Counted from the whole stretch's first letter, positions 34,901 through 46,930 are shown. The stretch is DNA of 54,001 bases, filler included, from Trypethelium eluteriae (GCA_051942245.1; 3 parts of 3 records of this genome joined end to end with filler, not necessarily neighbours in it), one strand, 5' to 3'. The notes: generated by a model not told the origin, from the letters alone. Numbers and translations are program-made.

Positions 34901-35772
34901 CAAATCTCCTAGGCCTCTCTAGGTTTATAACAGTGGATAAAGGACCCCACCCAAAGCCTACAGAGGTAGAACTTAAAGCAATTAATTAGGGGCTAAAAAT
35001 AGCTATCCTTTAGCTCCCTAGCTTAAGGAGAAGGTTTAACATAACCCAAATCCTATCTGATAATAAAAAGGCTCTTAAAACAATTAGAAATCCCCAAAGG
35101 AGGAGCAAGGTCTTACAGAAGATTTACACCCTATTAAATAAAGCAAACTAAAGAGATATTCTAATTAAGTTTATACGGGTTCCGGCACATAAGGATATCC
35201 AAGGGAATAAGAGGGCATATATGCTAGCAAAGTCAGCCACAGAGAAGGACCAGCTCCCAGCAAATAAACAACTATTAGCAGCCATAGCATAAAAACTAGG
35301 ATAGAGGGAACTAAGCAAAGCCCATAATTAGCTCCAAAAGCTGTCTAAAAATAGGTGTTTTACACTACTTAATAAGGCAGCTTTAGGGAAGCATATTAAG
35401 GATATTTACAATAAACAAAGCAGTAAGAAGGCTAGATTATTAGCCTAACTTAGATTAGGATACTATAAACTTAATAGCTACTTACACAAAATTAAAAGAT
35501 TAAAGAACAACCTTTATAAATGCGGGGCCCCAAAAATAATAAAGCACTTCCTTTATTAATACCAGCTGTGGTTAAGCTAAAGATAAGAGACATAGCAGGG
35601 CAATTTACAGAAATACAGCATAGGAACCCTAATTAGAGCATATATAAATAAAAAAATAGAAGGAGAAATAAAGAAGTAAAAACCAGACTATTAAATTATC
35701 CAAAAGATACTTTCCTTTATAACAGCAATAGGATGTTTGGGAAATGCTAATAAGCCAAAAGTTTAGCAATAA
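31990..35772 (+). pseudogene. LINE ORF2 (endonuclease-RT-RNase H-zinc finger) remnant
   Basis: Domain motifs in the expected order, riddled with TAA/TAG from C>T and G>A changes. Boundaries approximate. Confidence 0.8.
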
Positions 35773-35990
35773 GCTGGCAACAACTCTCTAAGCGGAATTT
35801 GGATACCAGGCTGTATGCAAGATTGGCATCACTCTAGAACATATCCTAGAGCTTAGATAAAGGGAAGGTTCAGCTTGTACAGGAGCTTATAATATCAAGG
35901 GCATTCTCACACTGTATATTAGTCAGCTAGTTCCCCACATGGGCCTGCGCTAGGCCTGACTGGGTGTAGGACATAATCAATCAATCAATC

Positions 35991-36090
35991 NNNNNNNNNN
36001 NNNNNNNNNNNNNNNNNNNNNNNNNNNNNNNNNNTTAATTAATTAANNNNNNNNNNNNNNNNNNNNNNNNNNNNNNNNNNNNNNNNNNNN
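35991..36090. other. Assembly gap with artificial spacer
   Basis: 44 N + TTAATTAATTAA + 44 N. Confidence 0.95.
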
Positions 36091-36409
36091 GGGGGGGTTG
36101 GGGGGTTTTTAAATGGGAGGAATCTTCGGGCTTTGTGTGATAAGAAAAGTTATTTTGTGGATTTGGGTCGGGGAGACCCCCAATGGAATTGTGGTGTGCT
36201 CTGGTGTTGCTGAGATGGAGCCGTATGGCTCAAAATTTGGCGTTTTCATTTTTTATTCTTATTTTTATATTGTTAGCTGTTGGAGTCTTGTTGCATGGGG
36301 GGGATCCCCATGCAGTTATGGCGTTGGGGTTGGGAAGATACCCCCCTTGCGTGGTTTGCGTGTTTTTTTTTGGTATTTTTATATTTGTAGAAGTATTTGT
36401 ATTGTTGTT

Positions 36410-38390
36410 GTCGACGATGCCATCATCTACCGGAGCTATGACCATGAGCCTATGACCCGTTCATCCATTCTCCAGAAAAAATAAGAGCACTTGGAATATC
36501 CCAATTACGTACAGAAAAACTATAGTGACATGGACCCGCTCATCCCCTCAAATGGATTGGAGACAGCCTCGTTAGCCTACTAGACTTCTATGTATTTTCG
36601 AAACCTCTCTTAGAGCTTCATCATACGAACACTGTTGGGAATATCGAAATCTGGCTGGGGATCTCCCCGAAAAATTTTCGATTAATACAGGAAAACGTTT
36701 GGAGGATTCGGGTTTTGCAACGTCTAGTCCAGATTGCCAGATGAGAAATCAGAAAACTCACGTTGAGGGTCGCCCTGAAAAAAATTCAATGAATAGAGAA
36801 AGATGCCAGAGCGCCTCCGCTGGGGCGAGCGCAAGCTGCCTCCAGGTTTTCGCATCTCTTTAAGGGCCTCCTCGAATAACTTTTGGTGCACAGTGTATAA
36901 AGCTGGAAAGGGTGTCAAAACGTTGAGGCTATTCAGATCCTAAAGTAGAGAAAATACAATTGTCGCTGTGAGACGGGGAAAATTCTACCGGGGGTCGCTC
37001 CGAATGAAAATAGATGAAATCGTTCTCGCTGACACTTCAATATCGGTAGCAGCGCAGCAATCGAGCCTCTTCAGGCCATGTACACACCAATCGAAGAATC
37101 TTTGACCAAAAAGTGCACGACAAAAGTACCGTGGCCGCCGCTTACACTTAAACAATCTGCTGTCGGGGCTCCTCAATGGGAAATTGTATCGAACGGAGGC
37201 CTGAACCCTCAATCAAACACCACCATTGAACAATACAGTGCACAGGTACAGCAGAGGTTTAATCAGGGAAATCTTAGAGTCCCATTGCCGCCCTCATCGA
37301 TGGACCCATTCACGCACAAGCTGGGACTGGATCCGCAGTCGCAGCTTGTGAAACTCCAGGATTTACAAGATTTGATAGAATCGACGGGTACAAACACAGC
37401 GCAGCCAATGGGGGGGAGGACATTCGAGGTGACCGCATTTCGAGGATGAACGGGAATAGAGACGCGACAAAGTACTTAGTAAGTTCCTCATTCTGTTTGC
37501 GTAAAGGCCTGGACGGACAAACACCAACCAGACAGAGAACAGGCTCGATCCAAAGATGGTCCAAAAAGATCTGGTTTCCAAAATTTGGGTTTTGTGAATG
37601 ACCTTTTTTGCTGCATGCAATCGATTCACTGATGATGAGGATGATGATGATGATCATGGTGATCATGGTGATGATAGTGGTGGTGGTGGTGCTTGTCGTC
37701 GTTGTCGTCGTCGTCGTTGTTGTTGTTGTTGCTTTTGCTGCTGCTGATGCTTACAAAATACTGTGTCAGCACAGTGTATCAGGATGCTAAACTTTGTGAG
37801 GGTCGCGCAACCTACCAGGGAAGAGGGAGACGACGATAATGATGGTGTGAAAGGAGTGGACAAGACGAAAATGAGAAACGTACTCATGCGCGTGCGCCAG
37901 AATTCTCTATGCGGTCGTGCTACGTAGCCGGGCCATGGCGATTCTTGGAGAAGGAACAGTCTGTAGGCAGTATACACACTGTTTGGGAAGGCACGGTCGG
38001 TTCAATCCGAACGTAGTACTGCCATGGTGCTTCGATCATTAGTATGACGACCAAGCAAGACGGAGGAGCGCGTCCACAGCCCCTGGACATGTTGTACGAT
38101 GAGACCAGGGAACAATCCGTGGAAATTGATATTGACAAGGACCGATTGGGAAGAAGCACAGTGAAAACACGAGAGCACCTAAAGATGAACATTCTGATCA
38201 ATTTTTTCGAACAAGATAAACGCAGGTAAGGTATCTGGGATCCACCCCAAAAGGTTCGAAAGAATATAAGGGAATGCGCCTTAGGCTCAGGAAGGAGAAA
38301 ACTACTACCAGCGCGACATGATGTTTTCGCTAAAGTATCAGGAACCATAAGGAAATCGAGTCAGGATGCCAGGAACAGGCAAGATTAATG
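36410..38390 (+). pseudogene. Possible decayed gene of unknown family
   Basis: Long + strand frames read protein-like but are broken by isolated TAA/TAG stops and frameshifts (e.g. ...SILQKK*EHLEYPNY..., ...NFFEQDKRR*GIWDPP...). Confidence 0.3.
37631..37747. repeat. Compound trinucleotide microsatellite (GAT/GGT/CGT/TGT/GCT)
   Basis: Successive runs of related triplets are directly visible. Confidence 0.85.
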
Positions 38391-38656
38391 AGAGCTCAAG
38401 AGCTTCGTTTGTGTAGGTTATTCTACACGTCGTTCACTAGAGCCGCCTTCGGCTCGATACTATTTACCTCGATGCCTTAGTGATTGGAACGCCGCCTGCT
38501 CATGAATATCGTTACCGTTTGCATCCGCTCATGCATTCGTATTATTATCAATACCGTGACCATGCAAACCTAATCGCCACGCCTATGCTATGCATCCTAT
38601 TCAGCCGAACGAACTCCTGGGCGCCATGGTACGTTGATCTTCATCTATGTATAGCT

Positions 38657-40508
38657 TCATAGCTTCAACACAGATGTCTTGCTTTGTACACCATCAACAA
38701 GGCAGACATTGTCTACAGGAACATATTGTTTCGTGATGACCTTGATGACCTCTTGCGCGACAATCCCGCCAGTGAGCGAGGCGATGTTGTGCAATTCAGC
38801 ACCGCCTGCACGGGTCCTACAGTCATAACAGTTAGAAGGCAGTTGATAGACATCATAGAGGTCAGAACAGAGGGGATAAATGATACATACATCTCTTGCG
38901 CAATTTTCGCAGTTGAATCCTTAATCTCCGAGTACTCCGGATCTTCGATGAATTTGCGAGCCTGCCTCAATAGATCATCTATTAGCGTCTCAACGATTCC
39001 AGTCATCTTCTGCGCATCGGTTTCAAAATCTGAGGCACCGGGAGCCTGAGGCGTAGCGATATGCCCATCAGGCGCGTGAGCGGCGCTGAAAGAATCGTAA
39101 GCGAGAAAGGCGAGGTGAAGAGGCATTAAAGAGTCTGGATTTGTTAAGGCGTTGCTCGCGGATTTGGCGCTTCTGCCCCATTTCAACATTTCTTTGGGCT
39201 TGAGAATTTTCAATGGTCGACCGCGGATCAGCTTGATGAAGCCGGCATTCTTGCAGAAAGCTTCGACTTCCTTTTCAGAAATCTCAGGATCGGCAGGCGG
39301 AAGTCGCTCAACCCCTTTCTCCAGTTTGCGAGCGTGCGAAAGAACTTCGGCGACATCCTTGCGAGCCTTGGCTTTGTACACATTCTGCAGCTCAATGTAG
39401 TCTTTGGATTGCGCCTTCATGTCGGGAAGAGAGCCTGGAAGCGGGAGCGAGCCGTGTTGTTGGTGAAATGTTTTGACAGCGCGAGTAATGATCCAGAAGT
39501 TCGTCCGTTGAACTTCGTTAATACAACACTCGGCGCTGTCAAAAATTTCCTTAATCGCTGAGCTCGGCTCGGAGAGATTAAGAGACTTCAGCACTGCTCC
39601 AACAGCCTCGTCGAAGTTCTCTTCGCCTCCTTCTGGATTGTCCCTCCTTGTTCCTGAGCGGACGAGCTCTCGAAATTCCGTTTTCTCTTTGTAATTCTGT
39701 GGCGGTCTTCCATTGTGTTGTGACTTCCAAATCGACAAGTAATGCAGGAGGAGTAGAACGTATGGTACGTGTCCGTGGTCATGATCATTCATCGAACCAA
39801 GGTCCTTTGTTTTACGAGCTGCGAACTCTCTCAATTCTCTGAACGGCCATAAAATTCGCAAATCCGTCATCTTCTCAGGGTCCGGGTGCGTATCAACGAT
39901 GGGGAAGGCGTCTGGGAGTTGGAGGGAGAGCTGTGCATAGAAGCCTACGCAGTGAACATAGAATACAGGTCGGGACTGGAATCTTGCATCATTCGAGATC
40001 TTCTCAAGTATTTCTAGAGCGATCGGAGCAGTGATGAGTATGTGGGTAAACGGCTGGAGGACGTTGGGCTTGGCGACAAAGGTCTCGAGAGGCTCGGAAA
40101 TGAAGTTGCCCTTGACATCTGGATTGAGCTCCTGAAGGTATTTGCAACATTCTCCTGCACGGAATTTGCCTAGCGATGTGTCTTCGAGGAAGAAGTTTAC
40201 ACCAAGGTCGGCTTCTGTGACAGTAGCAGAGTCGAGAATCGTGAAATTGCCGATACCTTTCAGACAGCGTCAGTAGATCATCGTCAGAACTATGGAGGGA
40301 ATCCCTCCTGACCAGGTAGTACAAGGTTCTTGAGTGCTTCCACACCGACAGTACCAGTTCCAGAATTGATCAGCAAAATGTGCGCTTCCTCAAGAGCTGC
40401 CTGCCCGCTCGCAGCCCATAGTCTAAGCTGACGGTCGTATTTTTTCTCTTTCGATGTCGGTCCATGCAGAGGCGGTGGAGTGACGACGTCTGCCATCTTC
40501 TCAGCCAT
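38657..40508 (-). CDS. ULA1: NEDD8-activating enzyme E1 regulatory subunit (Ula1/NAE1), 3 exons
   Basis: [52 protein letters not shown] and [25 protein letters not shown]. Exons 40508-40313, 40256-38891, 38816-38657; alternative start at 40496. Confidence 0.93.
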
Positions 40509-40978
40509 GCTGAGGATTGGTGTAGGGAGCCACTGGAGCGTGGGAGCAAGTATAAATTTTTGGGAAGATGGTCGGTGATTTGCTTCCGTCACCATCTAAT
40601 CACCAGGTACATGCAGCTCTAGCTCCAGGTCCCTGCCTGCTCTGTTTGTTGGACCCTCATGATGTGAGATGCGGGATGCTCTTGCATCGGCAGGAACCAG
40701 AACAACTCTACTCTCGTACGGCGTACTCTCATTTCGCTAGAAACCCGAGAAGACGACGCTAGAGTTCATTCCCTCACCTGCCAAGTCTCGACAGTCATGG
40801 GTACGTAGGATTTTGGCGAGAAACTTACCCTCGCCCAACTACCTAAGCCTGATTCTCAAGGGCTTGCCTTGTCAATCATGGATTCCTCTCCACCGTGACC
40901 GAAGAGCCGACCACTCCGTGGCGTTACAGTATCATTCCTACCTTTAATTTACAACGGATCATCCCAAGACCTTGGATC

Positions 40979-43462
40979 ATGGAATCATCGAGTGCTCAAG
41001 ATCAGCTTGCGCGTCTAGCGAACGAGGCCAATCAGCGCTTACGGGCCAACGACTTGGTAGCTGCAGCACAGTTGCTCCGTAAAGCTTCTGCTATTGACGC
41101 CGGTGATGTGCGGATCAAGGACCTCTGGGCTAAGCTTCAAGATCAGGAGAAGGAGGATCCCCTTCTACGCATGTGCCAAGCCTATGTGCAAACGGGGTCT
41201 GAGGATACCAGAAAGGAGATACTAGACTACCTTCACCGCGAAAGCGTACGACCTCAAGTCGTCGAACAATGTTTTACTCTGCTTTCAGAATTGAAACACT
41301 CAGCATCCGAGGTGGATGTTGTCATTGGCAGCCTAATCAGAGCTCATGGAGCACAGAAATACTTCGCCTCAGAACTCCGAGACCATCCGACAGCAACTTT
41401 CAAACTTATCTGGAGAATTGGCGATGAGGCCATCAACTCTATATCTACGCTCGTTCTCAGTACAAAATCATGGAGCTCAGAAACCGACCGTCGGACAGCT
41501 CTACGAAATCTTTTCCAGCTGTTACTGGCCAGGGTCATGTCGGGAGATAACGATGATCTCGAAACAGCAATGAAAAATGTAGCTCGATTGCTTGCTGCCG
41601 CTCCCGCCGATGTAGGAGAGATTGTGGATGCGGATAGTTTTGATAGCATTCTATCATGTCTTGATATTCGGTTGCCGACTGTGCTGCGAAGCCAGGCCAC
41701 TCTCGCTGTTGCTAAGACATTAGACATCATGCCCGAAAACGGCCAGGCTTGGCTTGCTAAATATGTCACGTCGAGAGTTGCGAAACAAAGAATTGATGAT
41801 CTGCTTGTGGCATTTTCTGCGGCTGCTGCAGTTTTTCCTATCGTCCCTTCAGTAGCGGCTATGCTCTTCCTTACACCAACATTTCTTGAGTCACTAGTCC
41901 CTATCTTAGAAAGGAACAGGAGCGCCCACAAGATGCAATTGGCAGCTCTCGAAATGTTCAGTGCTGCTTGTATCGATAAACAGTGCCGAGCTGCCATCCA
42001 CCAGCACTGTACCGACTGGCTTAGTGAGCTTGTCGAATCGGGCACAAAAGAAACTTCGTCCAGTATAGCGGCGCTCATCCTCGTCAAGACTGAAGGTGCA
42101 GAATCTCCTGTCCAGGGATCGAATGGACCCAGGGTTCAGACCGAAAGACCTGACGATCTGGTATTTCTCATGAAGAACATGGTTTTGAATTCGGAAGAAT
42201 CCTACAGCAAGCAAGCCGCAATTGAAGCTATTGCTTATGCTTCGCTACAGCCAAAAGTGAAAGAAGAGTTGGCAAATGACGGAACCTTCCTTTCCAAACT
42301 GGTCGAAATCCTATCCGATTCTCCAACCGGTGTACCAACGTTATTTGGGGGATTTACGATCATCGCCAGTTTGACTCAATATCGGCCCGCTCAATCGGAG
42401 GAGCAGAAACGAGTATCGCAGTTGAAAGCTTATGCAAATACATCCAAGTCCGAGCAAGTTCATCCGGCAGACCTTACCGACCATGTCACCGCCAGATGCA
42501 AAAAAATCCTGGATGTTGGAGTGGTTCCCTTGCTGGTCAAGCGCGGAGATAAGGCCTCTCCTGCGCTACTGTCTATAATATCTCAAATATTGCTGTCCCT
42601 CTCCTTTGATCAGAAAAGTCGGGGAACGCTGGCTCAGCAGGGCGCAGTCAAGATCTTAATCCAAGCATACAACAATCTCGACATAAGTGGCACCATGCCT
42701 CCTCCGCCGGCTCAGCCCTCAGATACCGCCGCTCCGGTCAGAATTGCTGCTCACGCTCTCGCTCGAATCTTAATCTCTGTCAATCCTTCGCACGTTTTCC
42801 CTTCTTCTGCTGCTCTCCCAATGACCTCCGCGATCCGCCCTCTGCTATCTCTCCTAACTGAAGACCACGCCACTGAGCAACGAGACCTGTTACCTATTTT
42901 TGAGTCTCTTCTTGCTCTTACAAATCTAGCATCTGCAGATCAAAACATCAGTGAGACAATCATCAGGCTCTCGTGGCCGACCATTGAAACACTTCTGCTT
43001 GCGTCAAACTCGATGGTTCAGTGTGCAGCGGTCGAGCTGGTCTGCAATCTTACGACATGTCCGTCTGGTATTGCACTTTTCGCAGACGGGAGCAAGCAAG
43101 CCAAGAACCGCATGCATATTCTACTGGCTCTTGCCGACGTCGAAAAGCTTGAGACAAGGCGGGCAGCAGGGGGAGCACTAGCAATGTTAACTGATTGGGA
43201 AGGAGCGGTGGATGCGATACTGGAAAAGCCACGTGCTATAGAGATCCTGCTCTCTATGTGTGGAGAGGAGAGGGATGAATTGAAGCACAGGGGATTTGCG
43301 TGCATCAACAATGTGATCTCTGTAGAGGGAGCAGTCGGTGAGCGAGCTAGACAGAGTATCAAATTGGAGGGAGGTGTAGAGAAGTTGAAGAAAGTCTTGA
43401 CGCAAACGCGAAATCCAGTCGTTTTGGAGCTTGGAGTCGAGGCGCTGAAGAAACTTGCATAA
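40979..43462 (+). CDS. SHE4: UCS-domain myosin chaperone She4/Cro1/Rng3 (UNC-45-like)
   Basis: ARM-repeat protein with AHALARILISVNP, FESLLALTNLAS, AAVELVCNL, RRAAGGALAML and LKHRG. First ATG at 40979. Confidence 0.9.
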   Translation: MESSSAQDQLARLANEANQRLRANDLVAAAQLLRKASAIDAGDVRIKDLWAKLQDQEKEDPLLRMCQAYVQTGSEDTRKEILDYLHRESVRPQVVEQCFTLLSELKHSASEVDVVIGSLIRAHGAQKYFASELRDHPTATFKLIWRIGDEAINSISTLVLSTKSWSSETDRRTALRNLFQLLLARVMSGDNDDLETAMKNVARLLAAAPADVGEIVDADSFDSILSCLDIRLPTVLRSQATLAVAKTLDIMPENGQAWLAKYVTSRVAKQRIDDLLVAFSAAAAVFPIVPSVAAMLFLTPTFLESLVPILERNRSAHKMQLAALEMFSAACIDKQCRAAIHQHCTDWLSELVESGTKETSSSIAALILVKTEGAESPVQGSNGPRVQTERPDDLVFLMKNMVLNSEESYSKQAAIEAIAYASLQPKVKEELANDGTFLSKLVEILSDSPTGVPTLFGGFTIIASLTQYRPAQSEEQKRVSQLKAYANTSKSEQVHPADLTDHVTARCKKILDVGVVPLLVKRGDKASPALLSIISQILLSLSFDQKSRGTLAQQGAVKILIQAYNNLDISGTMPPPPAQPSDTAAPVRIAAHALARILISVNPSHVFPSSAALPMTSAIRPLLSLLTEDHATEQRDLLPIFESLLALTNLASADQNISETIIRLSWPTIETLLLASNSMVQCAAVELVCNLTTCPSGIALFADGSKQAKNRMHILLALADVEKLETRRAAGGALAMLTDWEGAVDAILEKPRAIEILLSMCGEERDELKHRGFACINNVISVEGAVGERARQSIKLEGGVEKLKKVLTQTRNPVVLELGVEALKKLA

Positions 43463-43774
43463 TGGTCGGAGTTCTTTTGCTACGATATCAAAGGTGTTAT
43501 GTGTGGTCTATGAGCGACGAAATACTAGATGTGCGATAACACATATGAAATGTATGAACTTGAAGAATTTTCCATATGTTTCAGACTTTCCTTGTAGCGA
43601 GATACTTCATAGCCATTGCTTAGGAAAATGTCGTTGAAAGCAAAATTGAAGTCTGCGTTTGGCCGATGGCCAGGAACACCCCGCGGAGGACGAGGAGGCA
43701 CCTTCGCAGTCCGACTGTGGAGCTTCGAGAACCAACGACATCAAGCTCAACGAGGTCCATGATGGATTGCTGAT

Positions 43775-46700
43775 ATGGCATTGACATCTGTGAGCTTTTG
43801 AACTACTTCAGAATGCACTCAGCTAACGTTCAGTAGTGGAAAGCCTTCAAGTTCTTCGATGTGACCCAGGTCCAACTTCCCGCCACTGAAGATTCCAATC
43901 TCTTCCAAGTAAGGCTCTTCATCCACGTGCAATATGCATACTGACGACTGCTAGCAAGGCAATGTTTCAGCTGTTGCCGCTGGCTCAGAAAATGTCTTCT
44001 TCGGCGGCGCCGATGGCGTGGTGCGCATACTCTCCCAACCTTTCAAAGTCGTCCGATCATTCAAGGCACACGAAACCGGAGCCATCACCCATATGAAGCA
44101 GGTAGACGGGACAACACTGCTGGTCACAATAGCCGAGGATCTTTCTAGCGAGCCTACGTTAAAGGTTTGGGCTTTGGATAAGCTAGATAAGAAGACAGGA
44201 ATACCAAGATGTCAGTCGACTATCAACATCAAGAACGGAAGAAAACAATTCCCTGTACGAGATCCATTGAGCGGAACTTGATCCATCAATACTGATTATT
44301 CAGATTACTGCCTTTGCGGCACTGGACGACCTTTCCCAATTGGCTGTGGGCTTCGGTAATGGTGCTGTCACAGTTGTTCGAGGCGACCTCATCCATGATC
44401 GAGGAACAAAGCAGAGAACAGTCTTCGAGTCCGAGGAGCCAATCACGGGCATAGCATTTCGGGAAGATAGCACGACCACTCTCTATATTGCGACTACAGG
44501 AAGGATCTCAACATTGGTCATTTCTGGGAGAGGGTTGGGCCAACCACCAAGGTCTTTAGAAGAGTCCGGATGCGGACTAGGATGCATGACTGTGTATGAA
44601 GATACTGGCGATATTGTCGTCGCTCGTGATGATGCCGTTTACTACTACGGTCCAAAAGGGAGAGGCCCGGTCTATGCATACGAGTGCCCTAAAACCCAAG
44701 TCAGCACCTTCAAAGACTATGTTGCAATAGTATTGCCGCCACAGTCGAATCGAAGCTCTTCACTTAGAGCCTTTAGTAATGGCCAGGTGGATGACGGCTT
44801 TACCACTGCAAACTTGACCATCCTGAACACGGATCTGAAATTTATAGCACACCAAGAGTCATTACCGGCGCAAGTAAGATTCATCTTCGAAGAATGGGGC
44901 GACCTTTTTGTCATGACTCTGGATGGCAAAGTAGGCTACCTTACGTCAGTCGATAAATTGTTTGCTAATTGCGGCAGCTATTCCGATATCGTGAGAAAAC
45001 CTTTCAGCAGAAGCTAGAACTACTATTTCAGCGTAATCTATATGTCTATGCCATCAATCTTGCACAAAAGTCTCGACTAGACCCAGTCCAACAAAATGTC
45101 ATCTATCGGAGGTATGGAGACTACTTGTACCAAAGGGGTGATTTCGACACAGCCATGCAGCAATACCTCAAGGCCATCGATAACACTGAACCCTCTCAAG
45201 TAATCCGCAAGGTAAGGGGCCAAATATTTCAGACTGGTACAGCCACTGATAAGGCATAGTTCTTGGACACCCAACGGATACACAATCTCATCGACTACCT
45301 CGAAGAATTGCATGAGCATCACCGGGCCACTTCGGATCATACGACACTTTTGCTGAATTGCTATGCTAAACTCAAAGATGTTGAGAAATTAGAGGAGTTC
45401 ATCAAGGCTCCAGGAGACTTGAAGTTCGATCTGGAGACGGCAATCTCCATGTGCCGCCAAGGAGGCTACTTTGACCAAGCAGCGTTCCTGGCGCGAAAAC
45501 ATGACGAACATGAGCTCGTCATCGATATTTTGATTGAAGACTCAAAGAAATATGCCGAGGCGCTTGCATACATATGGCGACTTATTCCGCCAGAGGCGTA
45601 TCGAAACATGATGAAATATGCTACAGTTCTGCTGGAGCACTGTCCGAAGGACACGACCCAGCTCTTCATCGACTATTATACAGGCCAATTTCGACCCAAA
45701 AAAGATGCGGTTGTGATCTCGAATGCGCCTAGCCCACAAGCACAGGGTATTGCGTCGAGTGCGGTGCAGAATCTTGCCTCGCTTCTACCGCTGCCATACA
45801 TGAATCCAAGTACGGTACAGTCCCCTGGACCGGAAGGCAAGACAACCGTGAGCCAGACTCAGGTCATCGAGACGAACTTGAATGATCCTCCCGCGGAATA
45901 TGACGTCCCTCAACCCAGAACGGCGTTTTCTGCTTTCGTAGACCACCCCGACGAATTCGTAGTGTTCCTCGAGGCATGCATGAAATCCGAGTCCCTCGAC
46001 GAAGGTGATAAAAAGGATCTCTACACCACCCTATTCGAAATGTACCTCCACATCGCGAGCGAAAAGAAGCCCAACGAACGGCAGCAATGGGAGGACAAAG
46101 CCAAAGCGCTCATCAGCCGGCCGGACATCCCTATAGACGCCTCGAACGTGCTCCTCCTCTCGCACCTCGAAAACTTCCGCGACGGCACCATCCTCGTGCG
46201 CGAGAAGCAAGGCCTGCACGCCGACATCTTCCGCACCTACACCTCCGCACACGACACGCGCGGCGCCCTGCGCGCCCTGCACAAGTACGGCCCCGAAGAC
46301 CCCTCGCTCTACCCGGCTGCCCTCGCGTACCTGACCTCCAGCCCCGCCGCGCTCGACGCCGCAGGCCCAGGCGAGCTCGACGCCGTGCTGCAAAAGATCG
46401 CAGCGGACGGGCTCATGGCGCCCTTGCAAGTCATCCAGACGCTGAGCGCCAACGCCGTCGCGACCATGGGGCTCGTCCGAAAGTATCTCGGCGACACGGT
46501 CGAGCGCGAAAGGAGGGAGATCGAGGCGAACCGCAAGACGATTGCGAGCTACCGCGCTGAGACGGCGAGGACGCGCGAGGAGCTCGAGCAGTTGGCGACG
46601 CAGCCGGTGGTGTTTCAGGCGACGAGGTGTCGGGCGTGTGGGGGCGCGCTGGATCTGCCGACGGTGCATTTCTTGTGTCGGCATAGTTTCCATCAGCGGT

Positions 46701-46930
46701 GTTTGAATGTGGCGGAGGATGAGGAGGGCGCAGAGGCGTTGGAGGGGGTCGAGTGTCCGGTTTGTGCGCCGAAGAATGCGACGGTGAGGGCGGTGAGGAA
46801 GGCTCAGGAGGAGAGCGCCGAGAGGCATGAGTTGTTTTTGGATGCGTTGAGGAGGAGTCGCGATGGGTTTGCGACGATTGGAGAGTGGTTTGGGAGGGGT
46901 GTCATGGGGGCGGCGAGCACGGTAGAATGA
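43775..46930 (+). CDS. VPS11: Vacuolar protein sorting 11 (CORVET/HOPS core), 6 exons
   Basis: MALTSWKAFKFFD N-terminus; clathrin repeat (YGDYLY.RGDFD.AMQQY, EPSQVIRKFLDTQRI); RING-H2 (CRACGGALDLPTVHFLCRHSFHQRC..CPVC). Introns 43790-43836, 43909-43954, 44255-44303, 44931-44977, 45212-45259. Confidence 0.95.

Larger units (their letters stand above)
30523..35990 (+). mobile_element. Non-LTR retrotransposon (Tad1-like LINE), heavily RIP-mutated and inactive
   Basis: Very AT-rich with a TpA excess. Residual motifs: APE GDFN.H..FWG (~32446), RT GLP*GS (~33937) and FINNF for FVDDF (~34036), RNase H VPAHKDIQGN..A..LAK (~35179), C-terminal CGA....HFL (~35521). (AATC)n tail at 35975-35990. Confidence 0.9.

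Noticed and set aside
36091..36410. Hydrophobic ORFs at the contig start
   Set aside because: G/T-rich low-complexity sequence with homopolymers at a contig edge; probably low quality.
37598..37747. 49-aa ORF rich in Asp/His then Cys (...DDHGDHG...CRRCRRRRCCCCCFCCC), superficially a metal-binding peptide
   Set aside because: Fully explained by reading a triplet microsatellite; no promoter or splice support.
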